Below, piece by piece: positions 58,931 through 64,000 of a DNA stretch of 64,000 nucleotides; position 1 is the first letter of the stretch, and every line of letters begins with the position of its first letter. The stretch comes from an uncultured Poribacteria bacterium (GTDB lineage: Bacteria > Poribacteria > WGA-4E > WGA-3G), in NCBI GenBank assembly GCA_958296135.2, contig CATQHZ020000001.1:2752001-2816000 (forward strand), in the 5' to 3' direction. The notes beneath the pieces were generated by a model. The model made no database searches and had not been told where the DNA came from. It saw nothing but the letters and a program-made list of their open reading frames with translations. The translations under genes were made by a program, and so were the position numbers.

Positions 58931-59944
58931 CTATTGGCCAATCGGCAACGCAACCGGTTGGCCACTTTCGACGGACTGATACGCCGCCAAAGCGATTTCA
59001 ACGGCAGCGCGCCCATCAACACCGGTAACCGGCGGCGGTGTATCGTTCCGGATTGCGTCAACGAAAACGCGGATTTCCTCCTGTACCGGCGGCGGCACCT
59101 TAATATCCGCAATCTTCAGATGTCGGCTTTCGCTGTCAAACGGCTTAATCTGAATAGTTGCATCGCCGCCCCAAATCTGTGGAAAATAGAGCGAGCCGCC
59201 TTCGCAATCCACACGGCCGCCATACCCACCCACGGCAGAGACATGGCTGGAATGGAGTAAACCGACGGCACCATTTTTAAACTGCAGTGAAGCAAGCACA
59301 ACATCGGGATAGTCGCTCTCTTGTTGGAGATACTGCCCACCGGCAGCATAGACAGAGGCGACATCGCCGCATGTCCAGCGCATAAAGTCAATTTCGTGCG
59401 CGTTGATTTCCATGAGGCTGCCCCCCGATTTCGCGCGTTGTAATCGCCACGGCGTGTGATGCCCGCCGCTCCGCCACGGCCCGCCAATCCGATGCACCAT
59501 CATGCAGACAGGCGCGCCTAATTCACCGCTACGCACAATCTCGCGAACCGCAGAATGAGTCGCATGGTAACGGCAGACAAGCCCGATAGTGAGTTTGACG
59601 CTGTTTTCCGTTGCGGCGGCTATCATCGCATCGCACGCGTCTAACGTCGGTGCCATCGGTTTCTCGGAGAAGACATGCTTGCCGGCGGTGGCCGCGTCAA
59701 CAGCCATCGGGCTGTGCAAAAACGGCGGCGAAGCGATAAGCACGGCGCGAATGCTGTCATCGGCGAGCAGTTCGTGGTAATCTACGGTATAGGTTGCCCC
59801 GAGGTCTTCGGCGAGCTTCTTCGCCAGAGACTCCTGCAAATCGCTGACGGTGACAACCTCTATGCCTTCAACGGCGTGCGCGCTGGTAGCGAGGCTTCTG
59901 CCCATACCGCCGCAACCGATAACGCCAATTCCGATCGTTTCCAT
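58931..59944 (-). CDS. Gfo/Idh/MocA family oxidoreductase
   Basis: GVIGCGGMG, GKHVFSEKP, GG...E...HEID. Confidence 0.9.
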   Translation of the reverse strand: METIGIGVIGCGGMGRSLATSAHAVEGIEVVTVSDLQESLAKKLAEDLGATYTVDYHELLADDSIRAVLIASPPFLHSPMAVDAATAGKHVFSEKPMAPTLDACDAMIAAATENSVKLTIGLVCRYHATHSAVREIVRSGELGAPVCMMVHRIGGPWRSGGHHTPWRLQRAKSGGSLMEINAHEIDFMRWTCGDVASVYAAGGQYLQQESDYPDVVLASLQFKNGAVGLLHSSHVSAVGGYGGRVDCEGGSLYFPQIWGGDATIQIKPFDSESRHLKIADIKVPPPVQEEIRVFVDAIRNDTPPPVTGVDGRAAVEIALAAYQSVESGQPVALPIGQ

Positions 59945-60035
59945 AATTTTTCTCCATGCAGAAGATATCGAGACGCGGGAAATCCGCTACCAAATCCAGA
60001 CTAGGGGCTCTCCGCCGGGAGAGATGCGAGGAATG

Positions 60036-60887
60036 CTATCTTCTTCTCGCCTTGATATGCCCCCACGTAACGCTCAGCTGATCTGCGGATGGACTCACAT
60101 CAAGTCCTTCTGCATCCATGTTGTTTTTCACTTCGGCCGCGCTCAGGACGCGTTCATAGATGCGGAATTCGTCAATATATCCCTGGATAGTATCGCAATC
60201 GCATCCATCCGACCGGTCGCCGATACCGAGCAGCAGCCCACCTTTCGGCAATTTACCACCCTTCATGGTATACTTTTTCTTCTGTTGCCCATTCACGTAG
60301 TAGTGGACTGTCTCGCCATCGTAAGTGCCGGCAAGATGCAGCCACTGCTCAAGCGGGATATCCTCCAGCACGTTATCTTGTGCAGCCTGCGTTGATTTGC
60401 CGCCCGCCCGAACGAAAAAGCCGTGCTGATTGTCATCATCGTCGTAATAGAGGCTGGCAACCGCGCTGTTCGTCGGCATATCATCAAGCGAGATAATGCG
60501 GTTCCAACTATCATCCAACGCGGTGATGTAGACCCAACATTCCAGCGTAATCTCATGCCAATCTCGGTTAATTTTCGGCGGTTCGGCATCTTCCACAAGA
60601 AACCGGTCAACGCTGCCATCAAATAAAATACACTCGCCGACTTTGCAATCGGCAGCAGGGGCCAACTCCGGGTCACCGAAAACAGCGGCGGCGAGCCCGG
60701 ACAAAAGGTCTGTCGCCTGTTTTTTGATTTGCACCGTGTCTTTGTCGAAGGACCAGTAGGCGACTAATCCATCTTCAACTGCGCCGACAAGTGCATCAGC
60801 AGGCTGCAGCGGCGCGAAAAGGATAAACAGGAACGCGGTTGTCATCTGAATCCAGCCGAAACACGCCTTGATACTTTTCAGAAACAT
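60036..60887 (-). CDS. secreted LamG/concanavalin-like domain protein
   Basis: LVAYWSFD, W.HLAGTYDG...YVNG, GYIDEFRIY...LS..EV, C-terminal VSP...LSVTWGHIK; AAAGGAG RBS. Confidence 0.88.
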   Translation of the reverse strand: MFLKSIKACFGWIQMTTAFLFILFAPLQPADALVGAVEDGLVAYWSFDKDTVQIKKQATDLLSGLAAAVFGDPELAPAADCKVGECILFDGSVDRFLVEDAEPPKINRDWHEITLECWVYITALDDSWNRIISLDDMPTNSAVASLYYDDDDNQHGFFVRAGGKSTQAAQDNVLEDIPLEQWLHLAGTYDGETVHYYVNGQQKKKYTMKGGKLPKGGLLLGIGDRSDGCDCDTIQGYIDEFRIYERVLSAAEVKNNMDAEGLDVSPSADQLSVTWGHIKARRR

Positions 60888-60986
60888 GAGACTCTCCTTT
60901 GTTTGTTCGCTGTCAGTTGAGCACCAACAGAACTGACGCAAAAACCCAATATCCCCGTAGGCTCTGGCTAGCATCGAAGGCGGCTG

Positions 60987-62381
60987 CTAAACCAGATCGC
61001 GCATTGCACGTTCGCGCCGGTCGGCGATTTGACGTTCCCGCTCCTCATCAGAGGGTTGGCCGCCGGGCTGCGCAACGATGGGACGATATTCAGCTGCCTC
61101 GCTTCGCCGCTTAAAGACGCGGAAAAAGTCAAATCGTGTCAATGTCGGTGGGATATTCCCCGGACACAACGCATGCAAACCTACATGCACCCGATTGCCC
61201 ATGCCGACGTTAGTCTGGCCGCAACTCTTCCACTGAATCCCGTCGCCGCTGGCGAACGCGGAGAACTGATTGCCTCGCCGTTCCATCCTCAGGAAGAGTT
61301 CGCGTGCATTTCTGAGCCCGCCGCCACGGCCGCGCAAATGGAAAGCACGGTTCACGTGCCTTTCAAAACGGACATCGCCCCGGAAGGCGTGTGGGCCCGA
61401 AGTCTTCTCCAATCGGAGGAACCGGTTAGAATGCTTCCAGATAAGCAACCCGCCATGCTCTCGCTGTTGCGATGAGATAGGCATCCGGGTCTCGATTGCA
61501 AAATCGCCTTCAATTTCCATCAATAGGCGAGGCGCGCTCATATCACCCCCTCTGCCGTTGGGGCCGTGCCAGAGGTCTTGCCCGGGCTCAGTGCGCATTT
61601 CCAAGTAGCCCTGGCGTTCCGCCCAAGAACCGCCGCCCTTCGGATCCTCCCATCGCCACTCCGGGCGCATCCGATTCCCGATGAATTCATCTTCAAACAC
61701 CATCTCCGTAAATTCACCTGACGATGCCCAGCCCTCAATTTTAACGGCGGAGATAGAATCCCCAAAACTCTGTGGCAGCAAATGAAGATTCGGCAACTCT
61801 TTCTTATACTCCATTGGCTCCATGCGGATAGGGAGACTTGCGCCTTCAAAATCAGGATGCTCATAGAAGATAACCTCGGCACCATCAGGCGGAAAATCGG
61901 GGCCCTTGAAAATGCGGATAGACGAAATCCTATCTTCAAACCAGGAGCGGCCCTGCGCATCGCGCAAATTCGCAATATCGCGCAGGATAGTGATTTTTCT
62001 ACCCCGAAACTCAACGTGCTCGTAACAATCCACAATCAGCGGAATCGTGCCCCACTCCGGCCCGACTACCTCTAGCGTAGAACCGAAGTTAATCGAAGAG
62101 ATTCTATCGGCAAAATTGTAGGCAGTATCATGCAAGTTTGGATAGAACCCAGGGCCGAGAGCCAATTTTTGCCCGCGGAAATTCGCATGCTGATAAAGGA
62201 TAACTTTGTAGTTCGGATTTGACGAAAAGTTGGGGCCTTTGTAAACGCGAAGGGAAGAAATATTGTCTTGAAACCCGATGTGCCGGGTGTGCCGAACGGG
62301 TTCAACCACATAGCCCATTCTGCCGCGAAAGTTTGTATGTTGAAACACCTCAACGACGAGGCGTGGTATGACGATTGGCAT
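60987..62381 (-). CDS. beta/gamma-crystallin repeat protein with a C-terminal DUF1349-like beta-sandwich domain
   Basis: Four (F/Y)xHxxFxG...D.IS(S/A) Greek-key motifs, then DLW....APRL.....GDF..ET...GGLL. Confidence 0.8.
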   Translation of the reverse strand: MPIVIPRLVVEVFQHTNFRGRMGYVVEPVRHTRHIGFQDNISSLRVYKGPNFSSNPNYKVILYQHANFRGQKLALGPGFYPNLHDTAYNFADRISSINFGSTLEVVGPEWGTIPLIVDCYEHVEFRGRKITILRDIANLRDAQGRSWFEDRISSIRIFKGPDFPPDGAEVIFYEHPDFEGASLPIRMEPMEYKKELPNLHLLPQSFGDSISAVKIEGWASSGEFTEMVFEDEFIGNRMRPEWRWEDPKGGGSWAERQGYLEMRTEPGQDLWHGPNGRGGDMSAPRLLMEIEGDFAIETRMPISSQQREHGGLLIWKHSNRFLRLEKTSGPHAFRGDVRFERHVNRAFHLRGRGGGLRNARELFLRMERRGNQFSAFASGDGIQWKSCGQTNVGMGNRVHVGLHALCPGNIPPTLTRFDFFRVFKRRSEAAEYRPIVAQPGGQPSDEERERQIADRRERAMRDLV

Positions 62382-62471
62382 TTTTTCTCCTATGAATTCT
62401 TTTTTCTAACAGCAAATTGGCAACGGACAGATATAGAAAGCCGGCCTTACAGATGGATATAGCCGGCCGCT

Positions 62472-63563
62472 TTAACTCAGGCTTGCCTCGTAGATCTGAG
62501 CATACCCGCTCCTGTCCGAAGTAAACACGATATGCTGCCCATCAGGACTAAAAGAGGGATGCGGGTGCGTATGCTGCGGCGCGTAGACCTGGGTTGGGCC
62601 ATCTGCATAAGGAAACGGGCCGTTCCAATGTTCACCGATAGACGAGGCATTCGGATAGCATAATGTCTGCGGCGCACCAACGCTATCAAGCGGGTCAAAC
62701 GTCTGGATGCCGATATCCGGAAAATTGGTGTCCGCTACCATGAGGGTTCCCGCCGGATTGCAGATAGCATGCCACGCGTTGAACGTAGTCACCTGTCGCT
62801 CGGCCCCGGTGTCAACGTGAACACATCGCACACCGCGGGGCCAATCCACAAAGGCGAGTTCCCGCGTCCGCGGCATCCACGTTTCGTGCGTAATCCACTC
62901 GTTTTTTTTCACGTTGCGCGCGTAAAGGCGACGGTTTCCACTGCCATCTCGGTGAATCACCCAGACCCGGTCTGTGAGCGGGCCTGCGTAATAGAGCAGA
63001 TTCGCATCATCCGGGCAGAATTGGAGGTGCCCGATGCTATCCCGGCGCAGAATTATTTCATGCTCCCCAGTGTCGGTATCCACGATAGCGAGCGCGGATT
63101 CTTCGCCGATGTTAAATCGCACCGCCCACCACTTGTCATCGTGACTGAGCGCGGTCGTGCCCATCGCTGCGGCCACCATGCCTTTTTCCTGCATCGCGGT
63201 TGCGGCGAAGTTCACGAGCTCGCGCTCCTCAAGCGTCTCCAAGTCTAGCCGCCAGCCGCTGGTACCCGCAGTAAAAAAGACTGCGGTGCCATCGTGCGAT
63301 GGATGCCCAGACCATTCGCTTAAGTCTGTCCGGTCTGTCAACTGTCGGAGTTCGCCGGTGGCGCGTTCTTCGGCGAAAAGCTGCGGCGCGCCTGTCCGAT
63401 GCGAGACGAAGATGAGCCGCTGCATCGCATCGTCATACGCCGGTATGATAAAAAACGGATGATGATGCAGTGCAGAAGCCGTCGTCACCTGTCGGATGCG
63501 CGTGCCGGTGCGGGTATCGTGAAACGTTCGGGATTCCGATGCGTAAACCGTGCCTTTTGCCAT
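62472..63563 (-). CDS. oligogalacturonate lyase family protein
   Basis: D..TG..I.Q.T, H.QF.P, HETW, QHTHPHPSFSPDG. Confidence 0.85.
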   Translation of the reverse strand: MAKGTVYASESRTFHDTRTGTRIRQVTTASALHHHPFFIIPAYDDAMQRLIFVSHRTGAPQLFAEERATGELRQLTDRTDLSEWSGHPSHDGTAVFFTAGTSGWRLDLETLEERELVNFAATAMQEKGMVAAAMGTTALSHDDKWWAVRFNIGEESALAIVDTDTGEHEIILRRDSIGHLQFCPDDANLLYYAGPLTDRVWVIHRDGSGNRRLYARNVKKNEWITHETWMPRTRELAFVDWPRGVRCVHVDTGAERQVTTFNAWHAICNPAGTLMVADTNFPDIGIQTFDPLDSVGAPQTLCYPNASSIGEHWNGPFPYADGPTQVYAPQHTHPHPSFSPDGQHIVFTSDRSGYAQIYEASLS

Positions 63564-63707
63564 TTCATACTCCTAATCATTGCGCGTTTCCAAAGCGCGC
63601 CTACCGGCCGGAAATTACAAGATTGACATAAGACTGTCTCCGTAGGCGCGGTTGCAAATCGCGCCTACCGGCGGCGAATTGTGGCATGTGCGGCAGCCCC
63701 GGGCCTA

Positions 63708-64000
63708 TTATTCCTCAAACGCGGCATCAAAAGCGACAGAGGAAGGCTCAAAATCGTAACCCTTCACCGCACTGCAGGACTCGCGAGCACCGTGCTCCCG
63801 GTCCATGCCGCTGTCCTCCCATTCAATGGAGAGGGGGCCGTCATATCCCATGTTGTTGAGGGCTCGGATGATTTCCTCAAACTGGATTTTGCCGCGCCCG
63901 ATGGAGCGGAAATCCCAGTAACGCCGCGCATCGCCGAAATTCAAATGCCCGCCAAACACGCCAGCTAACCGCGGCGTATCTGCCCACCATACATCCTTCA
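63708..64000 (-). CDS. sugar phosphate isomerase/epimerase (IolE-like), C-terminal part (gene starts beyond the right edge)
   Basis: KD.WW...[21 protein letters not shown]...[12 protein letters not shown]. Confidence 0.85.
   Translation of the reverse strand, partial: KDVWWADTPRLAGVFGGHLNFGDARRYWDFRSIGRGKIQFEEIIRALNNMGYDGPLSIEWEDSGMDREHGARESCSAVKGYDFEPSSVAFDAAFEE

Noticed and set aside
58825-59112. N-terminal extension of the uxuA-like ORF
   Set aside because: Overlaps the Gfo gene and repeats; the RBS GAGG supports the start at 58824.
1-64000. tRNA, rRNA, integrase or prophage
   Set aside because: No cloverleaf, rRNA motifs, integrase or phage structural genes were recognised by eye; a covariance-model scan was not possible.

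Overview
Bacterial chromosomal window, gene-dense, with no rRNA, tRNA or CRISPR array that I can detect. The gene mix (PhyH dioxygenases, sulfatase-fold hydrolase, a LamG protein ending in a 'V.P...L..TWG.IK' tail, DUF6785-like membrane proteins, Rpn nuclease, many short palindromic repeats) suggests a Candidatus Poribacteria-like organism (inference). Housekeeping and catabolic genes (purQ, purL, homocysteine methyltransferase, uxuA-like, sugar epimerases, Ogl-like lyase) are interleaved with conflict or defence modules. These include a HEPN protein, an ABC-type ATPase with a PIN/antitoxin chimera and RelE, a UvrD helicase carrying an inserted GIY-YIG nuclease, an Rpn nuclease with an internal RBS and start codon, a type IIG R-M enzyme split at a G9 tract, and a DNA methyltransferase interrupted by a tnpB-only IS607-like element. 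The best candidate for an undescribed system is the three-gene cassette at 26633-33182: a beta-CASP metallo-nuclease, a GrpE-like protein and a giant Hsp70 fused to an N-terminal restriction-associated domain and C-terminal HEAT-like repeats. A ~100-bp palindromic repeat family and REP-like hairpins also occur in-frame inside proteins. All family calls come from motifs recognised by eye; no database search was run.
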